From NCBI RefSeq assembly GCF_036507355.1, contig NZ_AP027877.1: 64,000 nucleotides of DNA; one strand, 5' to 3'. This DNA comes from Escherichia coli (GTDB lineage: Bacteria; Pseudomonadota; Gammaproteobacteria; Enterobacterales; Enterobacteriaceae). This document shows, one piece after another, positions 45,761 through 57,211 of the stretch. Under the pieces are notes generated by a model. It was not told the DNA's origin. It saw nothing but the letters and a program-made list of their open reading frames with translations, and made no database searches. How positions within the stretch are numbered: the first letter of the stretch is position 1; each line of letters begins with the position of its first letter. Position numbers and translations under genes: made by a program.

Positions 45761-45832
45761 ATGACCTTTGTATCGCGTCTGGCGCTATTTGCCGGATGCG
45801 ATACTGTCGCAATGTTTACATCGAACTCCCCT

Positions 45833-45862
45833 CAGGCCACACTTTTCAGGTGGCCTTTTTTA
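45833..45862 (+). terminator. eptC intrinsic terminator
   Basis: aggccacc-tttt-... read as ggccacacttttcaggtggcc followed by tttttt. Confidence 0.7.
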
Positions 45863-45908
45863 ATAATGCCAGTTACTGTTTTCCCGTCTACATACCTAAG
45901 GGAATAAC

Positions 45909-46760
45909 ATGTATCACGACGTCAGCTATCTGCTCTCCCGCCTGATCAACGGCCCGCTGTCCCTGCGCCAGATTTACTTTGCCAGCAGTAACGGCCCGGT
46001 GCCCGATCTTGCGTATCAGGTCGATTTTCCACGGCTGGAAATTGTGCTGGAAGGTGAGTTTGTTGATACCGGCGCTGGAGCAACGTTAATTCCCGGCGAT
46101 GTGCTGTACGTTCCTGCTGGTGGCTGGAATTTTCCACAATGGCAAGCCCCCGCCACTACCTTTAGCGTGCTGTTTGGCAAACAGCAACTCGGCTTCAGCG
46201 TCGTGCAATGGGATGGCAAACAATATCAAAATCTGGCGAAGCAACACGTCGCCCGGCGCGGCCCACGCATAGGTTCTTTTCTGCTACAAACGCTCAATGA
46301 AATGCAAATGCAGCCGCAGGAGCAGCAAACGGCAAGGCTTATCGTCGCCAGCCTGCTTAGCCACTGCCGCGATTTGCTCGGCAGCCAAATCCAGACCGCC
46401 TCACGCAGCCAGGCACTGTTCGAAGCTATTCGCGATTATATCGACGAACGCTATGCCTCCGCGCTTACCCGCGAATCTGTTGCACAGGCGTTTTATATTT
46501 CACCAAACTATCTCTCGCACCTGTTTCAAAAAACGGGGGCCATTGGTTTTAACGAATACCTGAATCACACGCGACTGGAGCACGCTAAGACGTTATTGAA
46601 AGGCTATGACCTGAAGGTAAAAGAAGTGGCGCACGCCTGCGGCTTTGTCGACAGCAACTACTTCTGCCGTCTGTTTCGTAAAAACACCGAACGCTCGCCG
46701 TCGGAATATCGTCGGCAGTACCACAGCCAACTGACAGAAAAACCGACTACTCCAGAATAA
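45909..46760 (+). CDS. yijO: AraC/XylS-family transcriptional regulator YijO
   Basis: 283 aa ORF with a C-terminal AraC-type HTH (...YLSHLFQKTGAIGFNEYLNHTRLEHAKTLL...); its 3' end overlaps frwD convergently. Confidence 0.9.
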   Translation: MYHDVSYLLSRLINGPLSLRQIYFASSNGPVPDLAYQVDFPRLEIVLEGEFVDTGAGATLIPGDVLYVPAGGWNFPQWQAPATTFSVLFGKQQLGFSVVQWDGKQYQNLAKQHVARRGPRIGSFLLQTLNEMQMQPQEQQTARLIVASLLSHCRDLLGSQIQTASRSQALFEAIRDYIDERYASALTRESVAQAFYISPNYLSHLFQKTGAIGFNEYLNHTRLEHAKTLLKGYDLKVKEVAHACGFVDSNYFCRLFRKNTERSPSEYRRQYHSQLTEKPTTPE

Positions 46761-47088
46761 GATGGGTTTGCTGCGGCGCAGAAAGCACTTTGCGCACCGC
46801 GCTCATTACCCGCTGCGGCTCACGCAGGAATGCGTAGATGCTGCATTGCACATAGCGGCAATGTTCAAATCGCTCGGCACCGGCAAGCTCGATATCCGTA
46901 ATCAACAGAGCAACATCCGCCCGACGGATATCCTCGTCCGCTAAACGATTCTCCGTTCCCAGCGCGCCCTGAGTTTCAATGCTGACTCCCCACTTCTCTA
47001 ACAGGCACAACTTTTCCAGCCGTTCCGCCGCCATATAAGTATGCGCCACGCCGCTTACGCAGGCGGTTACTGCCACCAGGTATGCCAT
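46747..47088 (-). CDS. frwD: fructose-like PTS EIIB component FrwD
   Basis: 113 aa ORF MAYLVAVTACVSGVAHTYMAAERLE... with an EIIB-Fru type active-site Cys region. Confidence 0.9.
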   Translation of the reverse strand: MAYLVAVTACVSGVAHTYMAAERLEKLCLLEKWGVSIETQGALGTENRLADEDIRRADVALLITDIELAGAERFEHCRYVQCSIYAFLREPQRVMSAVRKVLSAPQQTHLILE

Positions 47089-47089
47089 T

Positions 47090-47968
47090 TTAACCTCCCA
47101 CGGTAACCTGAAATCCGGCCCGTTCTGCCATTTCGCGCATCGTTGTCACATCGGCTGACGACGGCGCAGGCACCTCTTTCATCGACCATGTTTTCCCCAG
47201 CAGGCGGTATTTCGGTTCGCCGTACTGATGAAACGGTAACAGATGGATCTGCCTGATTTTCAGCGGGATCAGTACATCCAGCGCCTGCTGCATATTCTCC
47301 CGGCTGAGCGTGAAACCAGGGATCAGCGGTAAACGCGGGATCACGTTGACACCCTCACTCACCAGCAAACGCAGATTCTCCATCACGCGTGGCAGGTTCA
47401 TCTTCACCACATCCCGCGCCTGAGTCGCATCCATGATTTTTAAATCGAACAACACTTCATCGCACAATTTCGCCAGTGGTAACAGCTTGCTGGCTGGTGC
47501 GTCTCCGGCAGTTTCAATGGCGCATGACACACCCCACAGCCGCAGTCGCTGTAAAAAACGGGTAGCAAACTCCGCCTGCATTAACACTTCGCCGCCAGAA
47601 AGCGTGACGCCGCCGCCGGACGTGCGAAAGAAAATGTCATCTTTCATCACTTCCCGTTCCAGCGCGTCAAGGCTGATATCGCGACCAATCCGTTCAAACG
47701 CCCCGGAGGGGCATTCATCCGCATCACGCAAACATTTCGCACAGTGCAGACATTTCGCCTCTCTGCGTACCGTCTGGATTTTGCCGGAGATCGACTCCGG
47801 ATTAGCACACCACGGGCAAAGATGCGGACAGCCTTTAAAAAAGACCACCGTACGAATGCCCTCGCCGTCATTCAGTGAATAACGCTGAATGTTAAAAATG
47901 CGCGCCACATCATTGCGGCGCGTTTCCACAACGTTACAGCTGATGCGCTGTCCGGCGGATGATGTCAT
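47090..47968 (-). CDS. pflC: glycyl-radical enzyme activating protein (radical SAM) PflC
   Basis: Start set at MTSSAGQRISCNVVETRR (292 aa); CPHLCPWC radical-SAM cluster motif; overlaps the 3' end of pflD. Confidence 0.92.
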   Translation of the reverse strand: MTSSAGQRISCNVVETRRNDVARIFNIQRYSLNDGEGIRTVVFFKGCPHLCPWCANPESISGKIQTVRREAKCLHCAKCLRDADECPSGAFERIGRDISLDALEREVMKDDIFFRTSGGGVTLSGGEVLMQAEFATRFLQRLRLWGVSCAIETAGDAPASKLLPLAKLCDEVLFDLKIMDATQARDVVKMNLPRVMENLRLLVSEGVNVIPRLPLIPGFTLSRENMQQALDVLIPLKIRQIHLLPFHQYGEPKYRLLGKTWSMKEVPAPSSADVTTMREMAERAGFQVTVGG

Positions 47969-50231
47969 CCTGGATCTCCTTCGACAGTTCGACAAAGAAG
48001 GCGCTGTATCCGGCAACGCGCACCACCAGCCCGGCATAATCTTGTGGGCGCTGTTGCGCTTCCCGCAACGTGTCGGCGTTCACCACGTTAAACTGAATAT
48101 GTTGTAACTTAAGCTGGGTAAACGCCCGTAAGAAGTCGGCCAGTTTGCGTAATCCCGCTTCACCTTCCAGGGTCGCCGGAGTGAATTTCACGTTCAGCAA
48201 CGTACCGTTAGACAGCAGCGTATTATCGAGCTTACTGACTGACTTCAGTACCGCTGTTGGCCCTTGTGCGTCCTGGCCCAGCATGGGTGACAAGCCGCCG
48301 TCTGCCAGTTGTTCCCCGGCAAAACGACCGTCTGGCGTCGCACCAACCACCGATCCCAACGGGACGTGAGCAGAAACGGTATACGATCCCGGCGTGAAGT
48401 AACCGCCGCGCGGGTTCTGGTATTTTTCCACTTCTTTGCAGTAGTGGCGCAACAGTTCGGCGCTAATGTTATCCACCTCGTCGATATCGTTACCGTATTT
48501 CTCAAAGCGGTTAATTAAGCGAGCGCGGACTTTTTCGCCTTCTGGCGTTGCAAAGTTGGCTTTTAATACCGACAGCAATTCGTCAAAACTTAAACGCTGT
48601 TGATCAAAAACCATCCCTTTCAACGCATGGAGAGAATCGCTCAGGTTGGCGATACCAATTCCCTGTACGCCGGAGAAGTTATAACGCGCGCCGCCATCGG
48701 TAATATCGCGGCCTTTTTCCAGACAATCGCTGATAAACGATGAGAGCAGCGGTACAGGTGCCCAGTCGCGATGGCCGATATCACAAATATTGCTGCCCTC
48801 AACCATCAGGGTGATGTAGTGGCTGATCTTGGCGCGGATCTGCTCCAGTAAACCTTCATAAGTCAGCGCAGCATTGCCTTCATTTTCATGCAGGCAGATT
48901 TCCATCACTTTCAGCAGATTAAACATCGCGATGTCATGCAAGCCGTAGGTTCTGCCGGGAATAGATAATTCCACACAGCCCACTACGGAATAGTCGCGCG
49001 CATCTTCCAGCGAAACGCCACGGTTGAGGAACGCTGGCACCACCACTTCATCGTTAAAGATTTGCGGAATACCGGTGCCGAGGCGAATGGTTTCGGCGGT
49101 TTTCATCAGGAACGGCGTGTCGATCAAGGCGTTAGTGCGCACGCCGAGGTTCGGTTGCGGTAATTGTACGCTTTGATAGGCATCGAGGCAGAGGAACGAA
49201 AGCACGTTCACCGCGCTACGTCCGTTCTCGGTTAACCCGCCGAGCAGTGCGGTATAGCCAGTCGGGAAACCTGCGAAATAACGCGCGCTGCTGGTGGAGC
49301 GCAACAGCACAATGTCGTTGCATTTCACCCATAAAGATTCGAGCAGTTCTTTCAGGAACGCCGGATCTTCGCCCTGGGTTAAAGATGCCTGATAGAACGG
49401 CAACATATACTGGTCGAAGCGCCCTAAAGACAGCGAACTGGCGTTGGATTCGTATTGCAGAATGATGTTCATGTACCAGAATAACTGGCACGCCTGCCAG
49501 AACGTCTGCGGTTTATGTTCGGCGTTATGGCGGGAGATCTCCGCAATAGTCAGCAGTTCTTCGCGACGCTGGGCATCAGTGCAGCCTGCCGCCATCGTTT
49601 CCGCCAGTTCGGCGTAACGCAAAATGTGTTTCTGCGAGGCTTCGAGCAGTAACAGCGCTGCCTGATAAAAGTGATTCTCCGGCTGTTGCTGACAATGTTG
49701 CTGCATCTGTGCCACCAGCTCCCCCAGCCCGTGATTCAGCAGGCGCGGGTAATCAATAATAATGTGCCCCTGGCCTTTATCCGTCTGGTTGATGCTGAAA
49801 ATCTGCGTGCTGGTCGCGGCTTTTACTTCATCCGTCATCTGCCCGTTGATGAAATCTTTCATCGAACGTTTTTCCCAGTACGGGAACAACTCTTCGCGGT
49901 AGATACGTTTATCTTCTTCGCTGATAGCGAAGCGGTCCTGCGGACGCGTCGGGAACTGATCCAACTCTTTCAGCAGCCAGTAAGGATCCATTTCCGGCGA
50001 CATAATCCCGGCGCGCGGTTTTACGGTGCGGTTACCGGCAATCAGTTCTTCATCACGAATCGAAATTTCAACATGTTCAAGGATATACGCTGTTGCTTTC
50101 GCCCGGCGCAATATCACCGGTTCGCCTTCGGTTTGCCGATGGCTGGCGGTATAAAGCCGCGCACGCTCCAGCGAGATTTCACGGGTATTGGCAAACAGTG
50201 CAGTTTTGAGGCGAGAGATACGATTCGTCAT
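47934..50231 (-). CDS. pflD: pyruvate formate-lyase-like glycyl radical enzyme PflD
   Basis: 765 aa ORF with the C-terminal glycyl-radical motif ...VRVAGYSAFFVEL... Confidence 0.95.
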   Translation of the reverse strand: MTNRISRLKTALFANTREISLERARLYTASHRQTEGEPVILRRAKATAYILEHVEISIRDEELIAGNRTVKPRAGIMSPEMDPYWLLKELDQFPTRPQDRFAISEEDKRIYREELFPYWEKRSMKDFINGQMTDEVKAATSTQIFSINQTDKGQGHIIIDYPRLLNHGLGELVAQMQQHCQQQPENHFYQAALLLLEASQKHILRYAELAETMAAGCTDAQRREELLTIAEISRHNAEHKPQTFWQACQLFWYMNIILQYESNASSLSLGRFDQYMLPFYQASLTQGEDPAFLKELLESLWVKCNDIVLLRSTSSARYFAGFPTGYTALLGGLTENGRSAVNVLSFLCLDAYQSVQLPQPNLGVRTNALIDTPFLMKTAETIRLGTGIPQIFNDEVVVPAFLNRGVSLEDARDYSVVGCVELSIPGRTYGLHDIAMFNLLKVMEICLHENEGNAALTYEGLLEQIRAKISHYITLMVEGSNICDIGHRDWAPVPLLSSFISDCLEKGRDITDGGARYNFSGVQGIGIANLSDSLHALKGMVFDQQRLSFDELLSVLKANFATPEGEKVRARLINRFEKYGNDIDEVDNISAELLRHYCKEVEKYQNPRGGYFTPGSYTVSAHVPLGSVVGATPDGRFAGEQLADGGLSPMLGQDAQGPTAVLKSVSKLDNTLLSNGTLLNVKFTPATLEGEAGLRKLADFLRAFTQLKLQHIQFNVVNADTLREAQQRPQDYAGLVVRVAGYSAFFVELSKEIQDDIIRRTAHQL

Positions 50232-50281
50232 GAGGAACTCCTGTGGGAAAGCGAACCCGCCCTTGCGAGCGGGATAAGAAC

Positions 50282-50602
50282 TTAAGCGGTTTGCGCCAGG
50301 TGAGCTTCAATTTTGCTCATAATGGCATCAGCGCGTTTAACCGCGTCGCTGATGTTGACGCGCACGATGGTCTTGCCAGCAAAACGCTCTTCAAACTTGA
50401 TGCCGATATCTTTGGTCAGAATCACCATATCGGCGCTCGCCACGTCTTCCGCAGTCAGTTCATTTTCCAGACCAATCGAGCCCTGGGTTTCTACTTTCAC
50501 TTCCCAGCCTTTCGCTTTCGCGGCACTTTCCAGCGCCTCTGCCGCCATATAGGTATGGGCAACACCTGAAGGACATGCGGTTACTGCAATAATTTTCGTC
50601 AT
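50282..50602 (-). CDS. frwB: fructose-like PTS EIIB component FrwB
   Basis: 106 aa ORF MTKIIAVTACPSGVAHTYMAAEALE... Confidence 0.92.
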   Translation of the reverse strand: MTKIIAVTACPSGVAHTYMAAEALESAAKAKGWEVKVETQGSIGLENELTAEDVASADMVILTKDIGIKFEERFAGKTIVRVNISDAVKRADAIMSKIEAHLAQTA

Positions 50603-50616
50603 GGCTCGTTCCTCAA

Positions 50617-51696
50617 TTAATTAATTTCAAAATCCAAATCCAGGTCGTCTTCTTTTTCATCAGTCGAAGACCCATTTTTACGCGCCAGACTTTTCAGCAC
50701 GTTCACACAAACAGCCGTCACCACTGCTCCGACAGCCACTGCTGCGATATAACCCAGCTTGCCTTCAACCACCGGCAGCACAATCAGACCACCCCAGCCT
50801 GCATAGCACTGCGCACCGACCAGCGCCGCAGTTACTGCACCACAAACTGAACCGACCATGATGGAAGGAATGACACGCAGCGGATCGGCAGCGGCGAAAG
50901 GAATCGCCCCTTCAGTAACCCCAACGCACCCCATCACCAGCGCCGCTTTACCAGTTTCGCGCTCTTCTGCGGAGAAATTTTTACGACCAATCAGCGTCGC
51001 CAGCCCCATCCCCAGCGGCGGGATACAAATACCCACGGCAGCAATGGCCACCACGGTATATACACCCTGAGCAACGCAAATCAGCATGAAGGCATAGGCC
51101 ACTTTGTTAACCGGACCGCCCATATCGAACGCCAGCATCAGACCCATGATCACCGCCAGCATAACAATGCTGCCCTGCTGCATCCCCTGAAGCCACTGAG
51201 TCAGGCTGTTGGTCAACGCCCCTACAGGCTCGCCCAGACCCCACATCATGATGCCTGCGGTAATCAGTGTGCCGATGATCGGAATGATGAAGATGGGCAT
51301 CACCGAGCGCAGAACTTTATGCACCGGAATTTTCTTCAGGTAATGCACCACGATGCCGCCGATAATCCCGGCGATCAGCGCACCAAAGAAGCCCGCACCA
51401 AAGCTGTTACCAACCCAGGCACCGATAGCGCACGGGGCCAGCGCAGAACGCTCTGCAATGGAGTAACCGATGTAAGCGGCGAGGAAAGGCACCATCAACG
51501 TCAAACCTGCAACGCCGATATCAAACAGTTTTTTCAAATTCGGATCGGCTACGGCATCCGGCACTGCGCCTTTGCCATACAACATGACGGAAACCGCCAG
51601 CAAAATACCGCCCGATACCACGAAGGGAATCATGTGTGAAACGCCCGTCATTAAGTGCTGACGGGTATTTTTCAGGATCTGCACCAACTCATTCAT
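50617..51696 (-). CDS. frwC: fructose-like PTS EIIC component FrwC
   Basis: Start set at MNELVQILKNTRQHLMTGVSHMIPFVV (359 aa); polytopic membrane protein; the ORF track's upstream extension is rejected. Confidence 0.9.
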   Translation of the reverse strand: MNELVQILKNTRQHLMTGVSHMIPFVVSGGILLAVSVMLYGKGAVPDAVADPNLKKLFDIGVAGLTLMVPFLAAYIGYSIAERSALAPCAIGAWVGNSFGAGFFGALIAGIIGGIVVHYLKKIPVHKVLRSVMPIFIIPIIGTLITAGIMMWGLGEPVGALTNSLTQWLQGMQQGSIVMLAVIMGLMLAFDMGGPVNKVAYAFMLICVAQGVYTVVAIAAVGICIPPLGMGLATLIGRKNFSAEERETGKAALVMGCVGVTEGAIPFAAADPLRVIPSIMVGSVCGAVTAALVGAQCYAGWGGLIVLPVVEGKLGYIAAVAVGAVVTAVCVNVLKSLARKNGSSTDEKEDDLDLDFEIN

Positions 51697-52004
51697 AAGC
51701 TGCTCCCGGGCTTGCAAAAGCCCATGTCCATATTTTTGATGGAGGAAACAATAGGCAATCGTAGGCGGAGCAAACAGTGGATAAAAAGGCCATTTACTGG
51801 ACTTTTGTAATATCAGTACAAAAATGCGATCCGCCTCATAACTTGCGAGAATCCGGAAGCACGCCACAAAACGGCGTCTTGTGAGACGCGTCGCAAATTG
51901 ACGGTTACATTACATTTGTCCAGCTTTTGGCAGATTTGTCACATGGCAGGCCGTTGCCGTGCGCTCTTATCCTGTAAACAGAAAACCGTACCGGGAGAGA
52001 GGCA

Positions 52005-54506
52005 ATGGCCCTGATTGTGGAATTTATTTGTGAGCTACCTAACGGCGTACATGCACGTCCGGCAAGCCACGTTGAAACGCTGTGTAATACTTTTTCATCA
52101 CAAATTGAGTGGCATAACCTGCGCACTGACCGCAAGGGCAACGCCAAAAGCGCCCTTGCGCTGATTGGCACCGACACGCTGGCGGGCGATAACTGCCAGT
52201 TACTGATTTCCGGGGCCGACGAACAGGAAGCGCACCAGCGTTTAAGCCAATGGCTGCGCGATGAATTCCCCCACTGCGATGCGCCGCTGGCGGAAGTTAA
52301 ATCTGACGAACTGGAACCACTGCCGGTTTCACTGACCAATCTGAATCCGCAAATTATCCGCGCCCGCACCGTGTGCAGCGGTAGCGCAGGCGGCATTCTG
52401 ACGCCGATCTCTTCTTTAGATCTCAATGCGCTGGGTAATCTTCCCGCAGCCAAAGACGTTGACGCCGAGCAATCCGCACTGGAAAACGGCCTGACGCTGG
52501 TACTGAAAAACATTGAGTTTCGTCTGCTGGATAGAGACGGTGCCACCAGCGCGATTCTGGAAGCGCACCAATCCTTGGCTGGCGATACTTCCCTGCACGA
52601 ACATTTACTGGCAGGCGTCAGCGCCGGATTAAGCTGCGCCGAAGCGATTGTCGCCAGTGCGAATCACTTTTGTGAAGAGTTTTCCCGTTCCAGCAGCAGC
52701 TACCTGCAAGAACGTGCCCTGGACGTACGCGACGTCTGTTTCCAGTTACTCCAGCAAATCTACGGTGAGCAACGCTTCCCGGCACCGGGCAAACTGACGC
52801 AGCCCGCCATTTGTATGGCTGATGAACTCACCCCCAGCCAGTTCCTCGAACTGGATAAAAATCACCTCAAAGGATTGTTACTGAAAAGCGGCGGCACCAC
52901 CTCACATACGGTGATCCTTGCCCGTTCGTTCAACATTCCGACACTGGTTGGTGTAGATATTGATGCCCTTACTCCGTGGCAGCATCAAACGATTTATATC
53001 GACGGCAACGCCGGGGCGATTGTGGTTGAGCCAGGGGAAGCCGTAGCTCGTTATTATCAGCAAGAAGCCCGCGTACAGGACGCCCTTCGTGAGCAACAGC
53101 GTGTCTGGCTGACCCAACAAGCCCGTACCGCTGACGGTATCCGCATTGAAATTGCCGCTAACATCGCTCACTCCGTGGAAGCGCAGGCCGCATTCGGCAA
53201 TGGTGCGGAAGGCGTTGGTTTGTTCCGCACTGAAATGCTCTATATGGATCGCACCAGTGCACCGAGCGAAAGCGAGCTGTACAACATTTTTTGTCAGGCG
53301 CTGGAGTCTGCCAACGGACGCAGCATTATTGTGCGCACTATGGACATTGGCGGCGACAAACCCGTTGATTATCTGAACATTCCGGCAGAAGCTAACCCGT
53401 TCCTCGGTTATCGCGCTGTGCGTATTTATGAAGAATACGCCTCGCTGTTCACCACACAACTACGGTCGATCCTGCGCGCCTCCGCTCACGGCAGCCTGAA
53501 AATCATGATCCCGATGATCTCTTCAATGGAAGAGATCTTATGGGTGAAAGAAAAACTGACGGAAGCCAAACAGCAACTGCGTAACGAACACATTCCGTTT
53601 GATGAGAAGATCCAGCTCGGCATTATGCTGGAAGTGCCATCGGTGATGTTCATCATCGATCAATGCTGCGAAGAGATTGATTTCTTTAGTATTGGTAGTA
53701 ATGACCTGACGCAATATCTGCTGGCGGTGGATCGCGATAACGCTAAGGTTACTCGTCACTACAACAGCCTGAATCCGGCATTCTTGCGGGCGCTCGATTA
53801 CGCCGTGCAAGCGGTGCATCGCCAGGGCAAATGGATTGGTCTGTGCGGTGAGCTGGGAGCGAAAGGTTCCGTGCTGCCGTTGCTGGTCGGCTTAGGGCTG
53901 GATGAACTCAGCATGAGCGCACCATCAATTCCGGCGGCGAAAGCGCGGATGGCGCAACTTGATAGCCGTGAGTGCCGCAAGTTGCTCAACCAGGCAATGG
54001 CCTGCCGTACTTCGCTGGAAGTGGAACACCTGCTGGCGCAATTCCGCATGACCCAACAAGACGCACCGCTGGTCACCGCCGAGTGCATCACACTGGAAAG
54101 CGACTGGCGCAGCAAAGAAGAAGTGCTCAAAGGCATGACCGATAACCTGCTGCTGGCAGGGCGCTGCCGCTATCCGCGTAAACTGGAAGCCGACTTGTGG
54201 GCGCGCGAGGCCGTTTTCTCTACCGGTCTGGGCTTTAGTTTTGCCATTCCCCACAGCAAATCAGAACACATTGAGCAATCCACCATCAGCGTAGCGCGTC
54301 TGCAAGCGCCGGTGCGCTGGGGCGATGATGAAGCGCAATTCATCATTATGTTAACCCTGAACAAACACGCTGCGGGCGATCAGCACATGCGCATTTTCTC
54401 GCGCCTCGCTCGCCGCATCATGCACGAAGAATTCCGTAACGCGCTGGTTAACGCCGCCTCTGCCGACGCTATCGCCAGCCTGCTGCAACATGAACTGGAA
54501 CTGTAA
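52005..54506 (+). CDS. ptsA: multiphosphoryl transfer protein PtsA/FrwA (HPr-like, Enzyme I and EIIA-Fru domains)
   Basis: 833 aa ORF with an N-terminal HPr-like His (NGVHARPA), a central PEP-utilising Enzyme I domain, and a C-terminal EIIA-Fru-like domain ([11 protein letters not shown]). Confidence 0.95.
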   Translation: MALIVEFICELPNGVHARPASHVETLCNTFSSQIEWHNLRTDRKGNAKSALALIGTDTLAGDNCQLLISGADEQEAHQRLSQWLRDEFPHCDAPLAEVKSDELEPLPVSLTNLNPQIIRARTVCSGSAGGILTPISSLDLNALGNLPAAKDVDAEQSALENGLTLVLKNIEFRLLDRDGATSAILEAHQSLAGDTSLHEHLLAGVSAGLSCAEAIVASANHFCEEFSRSSSSYLQERALDVRDVCFQLLQQIYGEQRFPAPGKLTQPAICMADELTPSQFLELDKNHLKGLLLKSGGTTSHTVILARSFNIPTLVGVDIDALTPWQHQTIYIDGNAGAIVVEPGEAVARYYQQEARVQDALREQQRVWLTQQARTADGIRIEIAANIAHSVEAQAAFGNGAEGVGLFRTEMLYMDRTSAPSESELYNIFCQALESANGRSIIVRTMDIGGDKPVDYLNIPAEANPFLGYRAVRIYEEYASLFTTQLRSILRASAHGSLKIMIPMISSMEEILWVKEKLTEAKQQLRNEHIPFDEKIQLGIMLEVPSVMFIIDQCCEEIDFFSIGSNDLTQYLLAVDRDNAKVTRHYNSLNPAFLRALDYAVQAVHRQGKWIGLCGELGAKGSVLPLLVGLGLDELSMSAPSIPAAKARMAQLDSRECRKLLNQAMACRTSLEVEHLLAQFRMTQQDAPLVTAECITLESDWRSKEEVLKGMTDNLLLAGRCRYPRKLEADLWAREAVFSTGLGFSFAIPHSKSEHIEQSTISVARLQAPVRWGDDEAQFIIMLTLNKHAAGDQHMRIFSRLARRIMHEEFRNALVNAASADAIASLLQHELEL

Positions 54507-54517
54507 AAGGAAACATC

Positions 54518-55180
54518 ATGGAACTGTATCTGGACACCGCTAACGTCGCAGAAGTCGAACGTCTGGCACGCATATTCCCGATTGCCGGGGTGACAACTAA
54601 CCCGAGCATTATCGCTGCCAGCAAGGAGTCCATATGGGAAGTGCTGCCGCGTCTGCAAAAAGCGATTGGTGATGAGGGCATTCTGTTTGCTCAGACCATG
54701 AGCCGCGACGCGCAGGGGATGGTGGAAGAAGCGAAGCGTCTGCGCGACGCCATTCCGGGCATTGTGGTGAAAATCCCGGTGACTTCCGAAGGTCTGGCCG
54801 CCATTAAGATGCTGAAAAAAGAGGGTATTACTACGCTTGGCACCGCAGTGTACAGTGCTGCACAAGGGTTACTGGCCGCGCTGGCAGGGGCAAAATACGT
54901 TGCTCCGTATGTTAACCGCGTAGATGCCCAGGGCGGGGACGGCATTCGTACGGTTCAGGAGCTGCAAGCGCTGTTAGAAATGCACGCACCAGAAAGCATG
55001 GTGCTGGCGGCCAGCTTTAAAACGCCGCGTCAGGCGCTGGACTGTTTACTGGTAGGATGTGAATCCATCACCCTGCCCTTAGATGTAGCGCAACAAATGC
55101 TCAACACCCCTGCGGTAGAGTCAGCTATAGAGAAGTTCGAACACGACTGGAATGCCGCATTTGGCACTACTCATCTCTAA
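54518..55180 (+). CDS. fsaB: fructose-6-phosphate aldolase 2
   Basis: 220 aa [223 protein letters not shown]; transaldolase-like fold. Confidence 0.95.
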
Positions 55181-55190
55181 AGGAGCAATT

Positions 55191-56294
55191 ATGGACCGCA
55201 TTATTCAATCACCGGGTAAATACATCCAGGGCGCTGATGTGATTAATCGTCTGGGCGAATACCTGAAGCCGCTGGCAGAACGCTGGTTAGTGGTGGGTGA
55301 CAAATTTGTTTTAGGTTTTGCTCAATCCACTGTCGAGAAAAGCTTTAAAGATGCTGGACTGGTAGTAGAAATTGCGCCGTTTGGCGGTGAATGTTCGCAA
55401 AATGAGATCGACCGTCTGCGTGGCATCGCGGAGACTGCGCAGTGTGGCGCAATTCTCGGTATCGGTGGCGGAAAAACCCTCGATACTGCCAAAGCACTGG
55501 CACATTTCATGGGTGTTCCGGTAGCGATCGCACCGACTATCGCCTCTACCGATGCACCGTGCAGCGCATTGTCTGTTATCTACACCGATGAGGGTGAGTT
55601 TGACCGCTATCTGCTGTTGCCAAATAACCCGAATATGGTCATTGTCGACACCAAAATCGTCGCTGGCGCACCTGCACGTCTGTTAGCGGCGGGTATCGGC
55701 GATGCGCTGGCAACCTGGTTTGAAGCGCGTGCCTGCTCTCGTAGCGGCGCGACCACCATGGCGGGCGGCAAGTGCACCCAGGCTGCGCTGGCACTGGCTG
55801 AACTGTGCTACAACACCCTGCTGGAAGAAGGCGAAAAAGCGATGCTTGCTGCCGAACAGCATGTAGTGACTCCGGCGCTGGAGCGCGTGATTGAAGCGAA
55901 CACCTATTTGAGCGGTGTTGGTTTTGAAAGTGGTGGTCTGGCTGCGGCGCACGCAGTGCATAACGGCCTGACCGCTATCCCGGACGCGCATCACTATTAT
56001 CACGGTGAAAAAGTGGCATTCGGTACGCTGACGCAGCTGGTTCTGGAAAATGCGCCGGTGGAGGAAATCGAAACCGTAGCTGCCCTTAGCCATGCGGTAG
56101 GTTTGCCAATAACTCTCGCTCAACTGGATATTAAAGAAGATGTCCCGGCGAAAATGCGAATTGTGGCAGAAGCGGCATGTGCAGAAGGTGAAACCATTCA
56201 CAACATGCCTGGCGGCGCGACGCCAGATCAGGTTTACGCCGCACTGCTGGTAGCTGACCAGTATGGACAACGTTTCCTGCAAGAGTGGGAATAA
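55191..56294 (+). CDS. gldA: glycerol dehydrogenase
   Basis: Start set at [24 protein letters not shown] (367 aa); iron-containing alcohol dehydrogenase family. Confidence 0.95.
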
Positions 56295-56339
56295 CCTACT
56301 CCAAACTCCCGGCTTGTCCGGGAGTTTGAACGCAAAATT

Positions 56340-56440
56340 GCCTGATGCGCTACGCTTATCAGGCCTACGCAATCTCTGCAATATATTGAATTTGCGTGCT
56401 TTTTAGGCCAGATAAGGCGTTCACGCCGCATCCGGCACTC
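56340..56440. repeat. REP (repetitive extragenic palindrome) elements downstream of gldA
   Basis: gcctgatgcgctacgcttatcaggcctac and aggccagataaggcgttcacgccgcatccggcac are both classic REP palindromic units. Confidence 0.85.
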
Positions 56441-56567
56441 TGTGCCAGTAATCTGAAACTCCCACGTTGTTCAGGAGTTTTTTATCCGCTTCTGGACATT
56501 TTCTCTACAGAACAATCGTTATCCCGGAAGGTCGAATCTGTGACTCTTATTTTCACGGACGAACCAG

Positions 56568-57185
56568 ATGAAAGCTTCACTGGCGCTGCTCAGCCTGCTA
56601 ACGGCATTTACCAGCCACTCCTTAAAATCTCCCGCCGTTCCACCAACCGTGGTACAAATCCAGGCCAATACCAACCTTGCCATCGCAGACGGTGCCAGAC
56701 AGCAAATCGGCAGCACGCTATTTTACGATCCGGCGTATGTGCAGCTTACCTATCCTGGCGGTGATGTCCCGCAAGAACGCGGGGTATGTTCCGATGTGGT
56801 GATCCGTGCATTGCGCAGCCAGAAGGTCGATTTGCAGAAACTGGTGCACGAAGATATGGCGAAGAATTTTGCCGATTATCCGCAAAAGTGGAAGTTAAAG
56901 CGCCCGGACAGCAACATCGATCACCGTCGGGTGCCTAATCTGGAAACCTGGTTTACCCGCCACGATAAAACACGCCCCACCAGCAAGAACCCCAGTGACT
57001 ATCAAGCGGGCGACATTGTCTCCTGGCGATTAGATAACGGGCTGGCACATATTGGGGTGGTGTCAGATGGCTTCGCCCGCGACGGTACGCCGCTGGTGAT
57101 ACATAACATTGGCGCAGGTGCGCAGGAAGAAGATGTGCTGTTTAGCTGGCGCATGGTGGGGCATTATCGTTATTTTGTTAAATAA
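56568..57185 (+). CDS. yijF: DUF1287-family protein YijF (signal peptide predicted)
   Basis: 205 aa ORF MKASLALLSLLTAFTSHSLKSP... in the expected position between gldA and yijE. Confidence 0.88.
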   Translation: MKASLALLSLLTAFTSHSLKSPAVPPTVVQIQANTNLAIADGARQQIGSTLFYDPAYVQLTYPGGDVPQERGVCSDVVIRALRSQKVDLQKLVHEDMAKNFADYPQKWKLKRPDSNIDHRRVPNLETWFTRHDKTRPTSKNPSDYQAGDIVSWRLDNGLAHIGVVSDGFARDGTPLVIHNIGAGAQEEDVLFSWRMVGHYRYFVK

Positions 57186-57211
57186 GCGATCGCCCCACAT
57201 GAAGAAAAAAT

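Noticed and set aside
51905-52546. 213 aa ORF on the - strand in the frwC-ptsA divergent region.
   Set aside because: It is antisense to the 5' end of ptsA, Ser/Arg-rich and low complexity; the divergent promoter region explains the gap.
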